Below are positions 47,001 through 53,466 of a DNA stretch of 53,466 nucleotides, one piece after another. Origin of the DNA: Rhizobium sp. (GTDB lineage Bacteria > Pseudomonadota > Alphaproteobacteria > Rhizobiales > Rhizobiaceae). The stretch's first letter is position 1; every line of letters starts with the position of its first letter. The stretch lies in NCBI RefSeq assembly GCF_003501385.1, contig NZ_DNPN01000081.1, one strand, 5' to 3'. Below the pieces are notes generated by a model. That model did not search any database and was not told the DNA's origin. It was given only the letters and a program-made list of their open reading frames with translations. Made by a program: the position numbers and the translations under genes.

Positions 47001-50000
47001 GCCGGGTAAAATCAATATTCGGGTTCTCAGCCTCAGAGTGAAGTGAGGGTGCAAGCTGCCGATGGGCAAATTGCAACAACACCTTGGAAAGACCCACCAT
47101 GCCAGCGGCCGATTCCAGATGACCGACAATCGATTTGACCGAACCGATTGGAATGACATGGTCACTCTTCTGGTCCTGCGGCGCAAACACCGTCTCCAGG
47201 GCCTTGATCTCAATTGGATCACCCAGCGACGTGCCTGTGCCATGGGTTTCAATATAATCAATCTGGTCGGGCCGTAATCCTGATTGCGCCAGCGCCTTGC
47301 CGATCACCTCGGCCTGCGCCTTGGGGCTGGGAACGGTGAAACCATAGGTCTTGCCGGAGTGATTGATGGCATGGCCACGAATGATGCCATGAATATAATC
47401 GCCATCGGCCAAGGCTTTGGAGAGCGGCTTCAGCAGCACCGCACCGACGCCTTCGCCCGGAACATAGCCGGTGCCATCAGCACCAAAGGAGCGGCAACGG
47501 CCATCCACAGACAGATAGCGCCCCTGGCTGAGGAACACGTATTTATACGGATGCACCGAGAGATTAACACCGCCCGCCAGCGCCATATCGCACTCGCCAT
47601 TGGCAAGGCTTTGGCAGGCAAGATGAATGGCCGTGAGCGAGGAGGAACACATTGTATCCACGGCAAAGCTCGGGCCTGTGAGATCCATGATGTAGGACAC
47701 ACGATTGGCAATCGATGCGTAGGAGGAATTCGCCACCGGGGTTTCACCATCCAGCACCGCCGAATAAAGCTGGTATTCCCCGTACATAACCCCGACGAAG
47801 ACACCCACCGGCTGCTGCGCCACATCGGCACGGCGATACCCGGCATCCTCAAAGGTGTGCCAGGCCGTTTGCAAAAACTGACGTTCCTGCGGGTCCATCA
47901 ATTCCGCCTGTCGGGGCGAAATGCCGAAAAACAGCGGATCAAACCGATCCACCTTATCCAGAAAACCGCCCCATTTGGCATAGGCCTTGCCAGATGCTCC
48001 CGGGTTTTTGTCGAAATAGCGCTCCTGACGCCAGCGATCTTGCGGGATTTCCTCAATGCAATCGAGCCCACCGCTCACATTCGCCCAGAATTCCTGGAGT
48101 GTATTGGCCTTCGGGTAACGGCCAGCAAGACCGATGATCGCCACAGGATCGCCAGAACGATGGTCGTTCTGGATCGATGGCTGATGGCGCTCCACCGGTT
48201 CCGACAACACAGCCACAGGCGCAATCGCGGCGGGTTGCGGAGGGGAAACGGCGGCATCCAGTCTTTTCAATCCACTGAGATAGGCGGCGATATCTCCCAG
48301 CGTTCTATATTCGAAAAACAGGGTTTTTGAGAGATTGTCGAAATGCTTTTCAAGCTGCCGGTTGAGCTTGGAGATCACCAGCGAGTCGATGGCATAGTTA
48401 TCTAGCGATGCATCAAAGGTGATTTCCGCAGGATCAAGCCGGGTCACATCGACCATCAGCTTGATCAGCAGGTCTTCAGCCTGTTTCAACTTTGCCGCAT
48501 CGTTATCAACAGCAGGTGCTGCTTCTACAGCCTGTGGCTGGATTTGCGGCATTGAGAGATAACCGCCTGCACCATGGGTCAGCGCCGAAAACCGGCGCAG
48601 ATCGCCATAGGCCACCACAATAGGCCCCTCATACTCAAGGGCCTCAGTCAATGCATGTAGACCCTGTGGCGTTGGCATGTCGACAAGACCACTGAGTTGA
48701 TACAACCGATCAGCGGAGTCCTCGCCCTGCTCCATGCCTCCCTCCAGCCAGAAAGGCCAGGCGATGGATATTGTTTGTCCTTTCGCCAGCCCAGCGCTGA
48801 CCTTTTGCTGGCGGCGGGCAGCATAAAGATCCATGTAGGCATTGGCAAAGGCATAATCGCTTTGGCCCTGAGAGCCGCAAACGCCCATGATCGACGAAAA
48901 CAGCACGAAACGATCCAGTGGCTGATCCGCCGTGGCCTGATCAAGGTTAATGGCACCCCGGATTTTGGGTGCCAGAACCTCTTCCATCTCCTCTGGTGTC
49001 TTCCCAAGGAAATAGCGATCACGGGTCGTCCCCGCCAGATGGAAGACCCCACCAATCGGGCCGTGGTTGTCCCCGATCCACTGCACAAGGGTTTTAACGG
49101 CAGCCGGATCAGCAACGTCGCACTGGCGATACACCAGATTATCGGGGCTGATTTTCAGCGCTTTCAGCCGCTTGCTTACCCTCTTCTCATCTGAGCGACC
49201 GACGAGAACAATTTTTTCGGCTGCTCTGTCCGCGAGGTAGCGCGCAATTGTCAGACCAACGCCACCGGCTCCACCGGTAACCAGTTGCACACCCGTTGGC
49301 CTCCACGTGGTTTGAGCATGCTCAATCAGAGGCTGATGGGTCAGTTGCAGGATGTTTCCCGCCTCAAGGCGGACCTGGATGATACCACTGTCAACGGCTG
49401 CCAAAACGGGCGGTAGCAATGGCTTTTGGACAGTGTCCAGCCCCACGACGTGGATACGCAAGTCCGGCATTTCAAAACGCAGACTGAGCGCAAATGCGCT
49501 CACCGCACCATGTTCAGGCCTTGGCCCGACATCATCCAACGGGTGGGCATAGACAAGCTCAACCCGATCCTGAAAATGCCCTTGTACAATCGCCTTGCTT
49601 AACAAGGCCAGCGGCTGGATTGCCAGTTCGCCCACAACACTTCCGGTCCCAGAAGTCGTCCCCAGAAAAGACCAGAGAATCACGATCCGGCCCGTTAACT
49701 GATCACGGCCTTGCAAAAGTGCGAGCAGCTGTTCGTAATCGGCCAAGCGATGACGGTCGATGGCGATCACATCGGATTTCTGGCTTCGAAAGCTTTTACC
49801 CGGGACCACGCAGGTGATGCGATTTGCGCCAAACAGGGCCATATGGCTTTTGGCCTCGGCCTGCGAGCCGCAAAACAGCAACACTCTCGAGCTGTCGTCA
49901 GCATCCACCTTTTGGCTGCGCGCAATACCGATCTCCTGCCATACCGGACGAAACAGGCCAAGCGCTGCCGCCTGAGGACGCGAAGAACGCGCCTTGAAGG

Positions 50001-52965
50001 AAAAGCTGCGCAATTGCGCCAGCACACGCCCGTCAACATCAACAAGCGTGAGGTTGAGGGTAACCAGAGGATCGCCGCTACGACCTGAAACAATCTGCAC
50101 ATGGCAAAGGCACTCAGCTGGAAGCGGCGCATAGACAGCAAGTTCCTGTACTGCGAAAGGCAGGTAGTCAGCGCGGCTTTTTTCTGCCTGATGGGCGAGA
50201 AACGCCGCAGCGCCTTGCAAAGCACCGTCAATCAAGGCCGGGTGTAATTCGTAATCCGCTATGGTTTCAATGGCTGAGGATGTCAACTTCAGCTGGATCA
50301 GTGCCTCATGACCATTGCAAAACAGGCCGCGCACGCTTCTGAGGCTGTCACCATAATCCAACCCGGTGGATGCCAGTAACGCATAGCAACCTTGCGCCGA
50401 AAGCGTCACGCCGCAGGCGCGCTCCACCGTCACAAGATCAAGCGGTTCAGGCACGGTCGCAGGATGCTCCGCCACCAATGCGCCCATCGCCACGGAAGCA
50501 CTATTCTGCACGTCTGCGATTTGGAACTGAAGCCCTTTGGCATTTTCCTGCATCGACACAAGAATTTCCTGATTGCCACCGGCAAACGGCAGGATCTGCT
50601 CAAAAGACAGGTTCTCTATTCGATCACACCGGCGTTGAGTGATCTGTCTGCCCGCCCGCAAGGCCCAATCCATCATAGAAGCAGCTGGGGCAATCGGCGC
50701 GGCATCCAGCATGTGATCCGCGATCAGACGATCTTGACCAATCTGAAGTGTGATGGATGTCCACACAGCTTGTGCCGCAATATCCGGCACTGAATTAACC
50801 GTCTTGCCTGATTGGTCTGCGGCACCAACAGATGTTGTCTGCGTACCCGGATCAGCAAATACGATTGTTTTGGCGGGCAGCCAGCAACGCCGTCCCTCGA
50901 AGGCATAGGTTGGCAGCGAAATTCTATGGCACGTTTCACTTGAAAAAAAATGCTTCCAATCGATCGTCACACCTGATCGCCAGGCGCACTCCACCCCTTC
51001 CAGCACATCCAAATTGGCGAGGCGCACATGGGTACCCTGCCCGGAATGTTCAACAACAAGGCGCGCAAGCTCTCCCACCTTGTCGTCAGCCAGCGCCTCT
51101 GCCGCTGCCTCAAGGGTGATTTCGCCCAATCCATAGAATGCTGCCAGCGCCCCGGCACCCATGCCAGACACGTGGTCTGGCTTGATGCCGTAAAGCTTCC
51201 AGAGGGCGCAAATGGCCGCCTGATAGACAAAAGCCGCACGCGCCGGGGTATTGGCTGGAATGCCAAAACGGGTGATCCGGTCGATTTCTTCATAAAAGCG
51301 GGAATCAAACTGTCCGGCGCGGGTCACAGCCTGTTCAAAATCATCAAGTCTTGCGTCAAAATCAAAGACAAGCTTGCCAATTGCCGGACTGTGACTAAGC
51401 ACCCGACTGCCAGAAAGAGCGGCCTCTTCCAATGCCGCGATGGCACGTTGAACGCTCTCACACCGAATGGCGAGCCGATAGGCGAAGTTGCGGCGTCCAC
51501 GTGCAAGCGTAAAGGCCACGTCAGCAAGATTGATGTCCGGAAACCGCTGTAAATGTGTCGCAAGCCGGGCTGCCGCGGCGCGAAGCGCGGTCTCTGTTTT
51601 GGCAGACAGAACCAGCAGATGTTCCTCGCGAGGCACCGCTGCCGATGAAACCACAGAGATCTGTGGCGCTTCCTCAACAATGGCGTGGGCATTTGTGCCG
51701 CCAATACCAAAAGAACTGACACCGGCACGCAAAGGACCATTTGCCACCCAAGGCTTGAGTGCCTCACTGACATAAAAGGGCGATTGGGGAAAATCGATGG
51801 CGGGATTGGGCTGATTGAAATTGATCGAAGGCACCAGCATCCGATGTTTCATCATGAGGCAAATCTTGATCAGGCCCGTAACACCAGCGGCTGCATCCAG
51901 ATGGCCTATGTTGGCCTTTACAGAGCCAATGGCACAAAATTGTTTTTTGCGGGTGCCAAGCCGAAAGGCCTGCGTGAGGGCACCAATCTCAATCGGATCA
52001 CCAAGGCGCGTGGCTGTGCCATGCGCCTCGACATAGGAAATGGTTTCAGGATCAATCCCGGCCACAGCATGGGCCTCGGCAACCACCGTTGCCTGTCCAA
52101 CACGGGAAGGTGCCGCAAAACTGATCTTATCCGCACCATCATTGTTGATTGCGGTTCCACGCAGAACGGCGTGGATTGTATCATGATCGGCAAGTGCATC
52201 TTCAAGCCGCTTGAGAACAACAACACCAACACCGTTGCTGAACACCACGCCCGACGCCTCCGCATCGAAGGTGCGGACATGGCCATCGACAGAGAGAATC
52301 GAGCCTTCTTCGTAAGTGTAACCACCGATTTGTGGCACCTGAATCGCAACACCACCGGCAATTGCCATATCGCATTCGCCCGCCAAAAGAGCCTGGCAAG
52401 CGGTATGAATGGCAACGAGAGACGATGAGCAGGCCGTCTGCACAGTAAAGGCAGGCCCTTTCAGGTTTAATTTATAGGAAACGCGGGTGGCCAGATAGTC
52501 CTTGTCATTGCCAACCAACACTTCAAATCGGGCCGCAGTGCTGCTCTGATCTATATTCGGCAGCACATTGTTTTGCAGATAACTATTGCCAGCTGCACCA
52601 CCGTAAACGCCAATCAGGCCCGGATAATCATCGCAACAATATCCGGCATCTTCTAATGCCTCGTAACATGTCTGCAAAAAAATACGATGTTGAGGATCTG
52701 TACGCTCCGCTTCAGATGGCGTCATCTCAAAAAAGTTAGTATCAAAAACCTCAACGCCTTCAATAATACCTTTCGCCGGAACGTAATCTGGATTGTCTGT
52801 AATATGCTTTTGAATATCTCCACAAAATATATCATCCTTAGAGAATATAGTAACTCCTTCTTTTCCTTCAGATATTAAACTCCAAAATGAATTAATATCA
52901 TTTGCACCAGGAAAACGACCAAAAATACCTACAATAGCAATTACATTAACGCCTGACATAGCCAT
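38002..52965 (-). CDS. Three-module trans-AT PKS (OzmN-like): KS-[AT relic]-DH-KR-ACP-KS-DH-KR-ACP-KS-DH-KR-MT-ACP, a triene builder
   Basis: 4987 aa. KS sites VQTACSSS/HGTAT, DTMCSSS/HGTGT, DTACSAS/HGTGT. DH His motifs DHMLDAAPIAP, DHSIEGRLLLP, DHVIGAKRILP, each with a downstream Asp (LIDGALQ, LLDGILR, VLDAAFH). Three KRs with catalytic Tyr. MT ILEVGGGSG. ACPs AIDS, GLDS, GIDS. Acidic C-terminal docking helix GLSDEEVEHLL. Confidence 0.95.
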   Translation of the reverse strand: MAMSGVNVIAIVGIFGRFPGANDINSFWSLISEGKEGVTIFSKDDIFCGDIQKHITDNPDYVPAKGIIEGVEVFDTNFFEMTPSEAERTDPQHRIFLQTCYEALEDAGYCCDDYPGLIGVYGGAAGNSYLQNNVLPNIDQSSTAARFEVLVGNDKDYLATRVSYKLNLKGPAFTVQTACSSSLVAIHTACQALLAGECDMAIAGGVAIQVPQIGGYTYEEGSILSVDGHVRTFDAEASGVVFSNGVGVVVLKRLEDALADHDTIHAVLRGTAINNDGADKISFAAPSRVGQATVVAEAHAVAGIDPETISYVEAHGTATRLGDPIEIGALTQAFRLGTRKKQFCAIGSVKANIGHLDAAAGVTGLIKICLMMKHRMLVPSINFNQPNPAIDFPQSPFYVSEALKPWVANGPLRAGVSSFGIGGTNAHAIVEEAPQISVVSSAAVPREEHLLVLSAKTETALRAAAARLATHLQRFPDINLADVAFTLARGRRNFAYRLAIRCESVQRAIAALEEAALSGSRVLSHSPAIGKLVFDFDARLDDFEQAVTRAGQFDSRFYEEIDRITRFGIPANTPARAAFVYQAAICALWKLYGIKPDHVSGMGAGALAAFYGLGEITLEAAAEALADDKVGELARLVVEHSGQGTHVRLANLDVLEGVECAWRSGVTIDWKHFFSSETCHRISLPTYAFEGRRCWLPAKTIVFADPGTQTTSVGAADQSGKTVNSVPDIAAQAVWTSITLQIGQDRLIADHMLDAAPIAPAASMMDWALRAGRQITQRRCDRIENLSFEQILPFAGGNQEILVSMQENAKGLQFQIADVQNSASVAMGALVAEHPATVPEPLDLVTVERACGVTLSAQGCYALLASTGLDYGDSLRSVRGLFCNGHEALIQLKLTSSAIETIADYELHPALIDGALQGAAAFLAHQAEKSRADYLPFAVQELAVYAPLPAECLCHVQIVSGRSGDPLVTLNLTLVDVDGRVLAQLRSFSFKARSSRPQAAALGLFRPVWQEIGIARSQKVDADDSSRVLLFCGSQAEAKSHMALFGANRITCVVPGKSFRSQKSDVIAIDRHRLADYEQLLALLQGRDQLTGRIVILWSFLGTTSGTGSVVGELAIQPLALLSKAIVQGHFQDRVELVYAHPLDDVGPRPEHGAVSAFALSLRFEMPDLRIHVVGLDTVQKPLLPPVLAAVDSGIIQVRLEAGNILQLTHQPLIEHAQTTWRPTGVQLVTGGAGGVGLTIARYLADRAAEKIVLVGRSDEKRVSKRLKALKISPDNLVYRQCDVADPAAVKTLVQWIGDNHGPIGGVFHLAGTTRDRYFLGKTPEEMEEVLAPKIRGAINLDQATADQPLDRFVLFSSIMGVCGSQGQSDYAFANAYMDLYAARRQQKVSAGLAKGQTISIAWPFWLEGGMEQGEDSADRLYQLSGLVDMPTPQGLHALTEALEYEGPIVVAYGDLRRFSALTHGAGGYLSMPQIQPQAVEAAPAVDNDAAKLKQAEDLLIKLMVDVTRLDPAEITFDASLDNYAIDSLVISKLNRQLEKHFDNLSKTLFFEYRTLGDIAAYLSGLKRLDAAVSPPQPAAIAPVAVLSEPVERHQPSIQNDHRSGDPVAIIGLAGRYPKANTLQEFWANVSGGLDCIEEIPQDRWRQERYFDKNPGASGKAYAKWGGFLDKVDRFDPLFFGISPRQAELMDPQERQFLQTAWHTFEDAGYRRADVAQQPVGVFVGVMYGEYQLYSAVLDGETPVANSSYASIANRVSYIMDLTGPSFAVDTMCSSSLTAIHLACQSLANGECDMALAGGVNLSVHPYKYVFLSQGRYLSVDGRCRSFGADGTGYVPGEGVGAVLLKPLSKALADGDYIHGIIRGHAINHSGKTYGFTVPSPKAQAEVIGKALAQSGLRPDQIDYIETHGTGTSLGDPIEIKALETVFAPQDQKSDHVIPIGSVKSIVGHLESAAGMVGLSKVLLQFAHRQLAPSLHSEAENPNIDFTRLPFKLQKQLEHWQPNRPAHRKDEPLRAALSSFGAGGTNAHLVLEAFDGNRVADRPAAQQIAERQLAFVLSARDERALRKLAGNLAQLLTTRAVLLTDLAYSLQTGRETFDCRLAVMTDNGVTLFERLNAFAQGHDNGSLLRKADQLDETEKGIHAAVRQWLEKGSANWASLYEDLPSAQRPKRTPGPLYPFAEDRYWVPLPALPEERSRLHPLLDANESTLTAVRFRRCLRSDEPLIADHSIEGRLLLPGTGTLEMARAGAEKAGCDALSSVNNVLWLQPLVVEAGRERDAFLALHQEAEDTLFELQTGEGEEKIVHARGRIGAPHAAGRGSEARVDLAALRARLPRCRTATEIAQAYHDAGFLYGPSFDVIRQAWSGDDEALLELEYASVQDGVLLPPELLDGILRASHWVGTFDRPPSGRFGVPLSLGEIVPRGPIHGLCYAHATRRVDDPNSFDISIVDPQGLELAAIRRLTTRIFDQAANLTPQSAVFVQDWVAQAMPETATGADVLILFDDTSDRAATFRAPGTWRRVITVTPSSGFVASFADLVGLDPSDPTHYERLIASLGLGAADTVDMAMLWSLTEEDRISQDRELKLERNLHALRALLEALSRQAANTKIRCLTAHTQDDQAVRPELEAMAGFAMSIGSSLPKLDLFTLCLNTTSPADVAAIVAAELTHRSGQATKEIRHTPQGRQVRQLVRALPGQGTDALKMGGIYLISGAGGGVGLELCRYLAKRYQARLGLMGRSPISRTVLDELRALGAEVLAVQADVTRQSEADAAVAAVERHFGSLNGVFHLAGVAEPFGTGLSSREEFDRMLAPKLSGLIALDLATRNKSLDVFVAFSSIASLIGDFGNCSYAVANRFLDGYVRQRAQKARLGQRSGRSLSVIWPLWTVTGANTHVSERDVSVYRLRTGLERLSPEHAFNALEEVWRYDNPVLLPTGASTGAEITAVERALGAKSVTFAPKPPVQLEVRVTEVPAEEADLLAYLRDMAGRVLKMPAQEIDVQQALVNYGLDSVLIMETIALLGKDFPRLRSTALFEFPDIAALATHLLHEHAEDVKQCLRKIAPPENVIAPAEAASADPSVKSMPAALPSVSIRGKQEDHLQVGSRDIAIIGMSGTYPDAENLSSFWKNLVEGRNSVREVPASRWDIEAVYSSERDKPGTSYGRWGGFLDHADCFDSLFFQISPAQAKLMDPQERLFLQAGWAALEDAGYPLSRLPKPRFGAGGRDVGVFVGAMWDDYAFLAADHAALGQHFTVLANRSGIANQLSYFGDFRGPSMVIDTACSASLVALHQACDSLIKGECAYAIAGGVNVSAHALRYIHLSRKTMLSDEGLCRSFGAGGNGYVPGEGVGAVLLKPLQQALDDGDNIRAIIRATAVNHGGKAPGYTVPNPAAQQAVIEEALERANINAASIGYVEAHGTGTSLGDPIEHTGLTLAFARHTKETGFCALGSVKSNIGHLEGAAGISGVTKAVLQLQHGVIVPSLHAETVNPLIDFANSPFVLARECAPWPRKADQPRRAAVSSFGAGGTNAHVILEEFRPQPARDLLASDGNSPVLIVLSAHNRERLAAYAAAMARFLTGEGADIAPADIAFTLQIGREAMAERLAFKAQTTAQIARHFASMAENTATADWLYRGSVARELAGSAQSAPVAGFTPGDLDGLARAWVSGTRVDWEALYNGGSRELGRQGRIRSLPTYPFEKVKHWLPPLAARTEPVGVERPKNQYSLALPYDASLLRDHVIGAKRILPGAAHLVLAARSLGLPAALKDVVFRSPVIAGPRGIDVTLHAQPDGQYLISETSQDRAAAPFSQGHCSPLATQGVEHLNLASLRQRCLKPVAVTSLYERLATQGLHYGPSLRGVQQAWRSESEVLARLVISGVSDDDLSLQASVLDAAFHGMAELNAGLSNQNPAMPFLIDSMRLLGPIPAIGWSLVTMKAADRFDVIIADDDGRIIVDIAGLTLRAARQKEALPIYSPHWAPSLLSDGEQETSAAGGLLVLGGMEEDDVMGAILRHHADVPHAIFRPAANGLIAGDLQPILARLPHLDTLYVCALHQSEWAPASLEALRLQQNRLVLSFLSLVQGLDRAGVLAGRFQVKIITSGLFPLGEHEPQEPWSGGLAGVCAVLAKEYPQLKIALIDVRAGEWKAHMPQILAEPFQSSLRPVSLRSGIRRLREFARVELPQGQSRFRRGGVYVLVGGLGAVGRHLSLYLARHYGARLAIIGRSPKSQREEAIREISTAGAQVLYLAADATDPQQLHAALTSIRSAFGTVHGVIHAAMTLVEKRIAVLETEDFSAGASAKVDALWNLLTGLRDEPLDFFLLCSSGSSFDGNVGQAGYVAGCSFADAFARFAKTFVSFPVQTINWGYWAGEETERTHLLDRLQAAGVKAIEPEDGLVAIEQVLGAGLPQVLVSAVKPELLESIGVNTTRHERATANSVPNVFAALSQACATENGDRAAMSEHLAASADLDAALGHALLDLLQRKGVLVETGRWQRRSEIEVALGVIAPMMGYVRWMLDRLVEQGLLREDRANAAVALNQQSGWYDLDAIARRQPGLGHTVRLIQRVLAALPDVLCGQTKAVDLLFPGGSLEWLSPLYADDLVMARCNALTAVVLRRYVEEQRRLNPARPIRILEVGGGSGATTAPVLHALQSFGGNVDYVFTDVSAHFLRQARKRFGTDYPFCRYEVLDIEKDPALQGFEIGGFDLVIGSNVFHATQNIHATIGHCKALLAGNGVVLLNEGTRVLNYFAAIFGLTEGWTAYRDPQYRLNASPLLFQEMWRDVLADCGFAETHVWQPMATRSLTAHQSVIIARSNGIVPQGKDTQPMVTADVVSSPVMDAALTPAVASSDKEDRLAVRRVFARVLELPVEQIDETASFELYGIDSLVALELAKSLSEVFGPVPVGVVFDHTTIASLGDYLAARKAGSHAGIESQKKEKNEVVRPFNGVHAPQKAVFETRPASMPSNNVMASMTQGLSDEEVEHLLSLFTSLDMRD

Positions 52966-53160
52966 AAAACCTGCCGAATAGCTTAAATAAAATTATTTTA
53001 TAAAGATATATTTGCGGTGGTAGAATTCAAATTAATTAATATGAAATAAATATTTGCCTGCTATACAAAATAGGCGTAACATCCAGAGCGAAACAAATCA
53101 ATCTTTAGTGATGTTTATTTTCATTATAATCGTTTTAGGTGTATAAGATGTCCATGATAG
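52966..53160 (-). promoter_or_regulatory. AT-rich upstream region, probable promoter of the megasynthase operon
   Basis: Strongly AT-rich non-coding stretch (e.g. aaataaaattattttataaag, aattaattaatatgaaataaatattt) directly upstream of the first gene. Exact -35/-10 elements not assignable. Confidence 0.5.
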
Positions 53161-53164
53161 ACAC

Positions 53165-53466
53165 AGCACTGTAAGCTTAACGCCTTGAAACCAACATGTG
53201 GATATGAAGCTCTGGTTCGTGCGGCGTGAATGCGTGCTATTTGGTGCCATGTTTGCAGGCTTCGGTGAGCAGTTCGCGATCGGGTCGTGTACGGATACGA
53301 AGCGTTGAAGCTGTCGCGCCGACTTGACGCGCTTCATGATCCTCTCACGCTTTCGGATGAACTGATGAGCATTCTCAAACGTCAAAGACGAAGCCGCCCT
53401 GATCGACGGCGCGCCGGAGCCAGTGTTTCTTGCCGACGACGGTGATGACAACCTCATCAAGGTGCT
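53165..53466 (-). mobile_element. Decayed IS6-family insertion sequence (right end), continuing beyond the window
   Basis: Minus-strand pieces in different frames match IS6 transposase motifs: HLDEVVITVVGKKHWLRRAVDQGGFVFDV (~53378-53464), ENAHQFIRKRERIMKRVKSARQLQRFVSVHDPIAN (~53272-53376) and QTWHQIARIHAA (~53220-53256). Candidate terminal inverted repeat AGCACTGTAAGCTT at 53165-53178 (IS6 ends begin GGCACTGT). Confidence 0.8.
53218..53466 (-). pseudogene. IS6-family DDE transposase pseudogene with internal deletions and frameshifts
   Basis: The HLDE segment ends in a stop and joins out of frame to the ENAHQ segment. The central part carrying the second catalytic Asp is absent. A further lesion follows HDPIAN. 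Confidence 0.78.

Noticed and set aside
53098..53460. 120 aa ORF as a real protein
   Set aside because: Only the middle ~35 aa is in the IS6 transposase frame. The rest is out-of-frame or non-coding read-through, so it is treated as part of the pseudogene.

Overview
Almost the whole window (1..52965, minus strand) is five co-oriented genes forming one AT-less (trans-AT) hybrid PKS-NRPS assembly line. In transcription order: (1) 38002..52965, a three-module PKS, KS-[AT relic]-DH-KR-ACP / KS-DH-KR-ACP / KS-DH-KR-MT-ACP; (2) 34486..37998, a formyltransferase-A(Gly)-PCP starter NRPS; (3) 31743..34391, KS-[AT relic]-ACP; (4) 7766..31627, a 7953 aa hybrid, KS-[ACP*]-KR-MT-ACP / C-A-PCP / KS-DH-KR-ACP / KS-DH-ACP-MT-KR-ACP-KS0 / KS-KR-ACP; (5) <1..7788, a PKS missing from the ORF track because it runs off the left edge, KS-[ACP*]-ACP / KS0-ACP / KS-MT. 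From recalled knowledge (no search run), this architecture matches the Streptomyces oxazolomycin megasynthases OzmN, OzmO, OzmQ, OzmH and OzmJ (oxazolomycin/inthomycin/phthoxazolin family). However, the DNA is only about 55-60% GC by spot counts, has AT-rich spacers, and abuts a decayed IS6-family element of a type I associate with Rhizobiales. It therefore looks like an oxazolomycin-type pathway in a non-actinomycete, probably alphaproteobacterial, host. The gene order is rearranged and there is no OzmP-like oxazole cyclodehydratase at the expected position. No trans-AT, methoxymalonyl genes, terminal NRPS, thioesterase, resistance or regulator genes are in the window. No rRNA, tRNA or CRISPR was seen. 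Domain coordinates are approximate, anchored on motifs read by hand.
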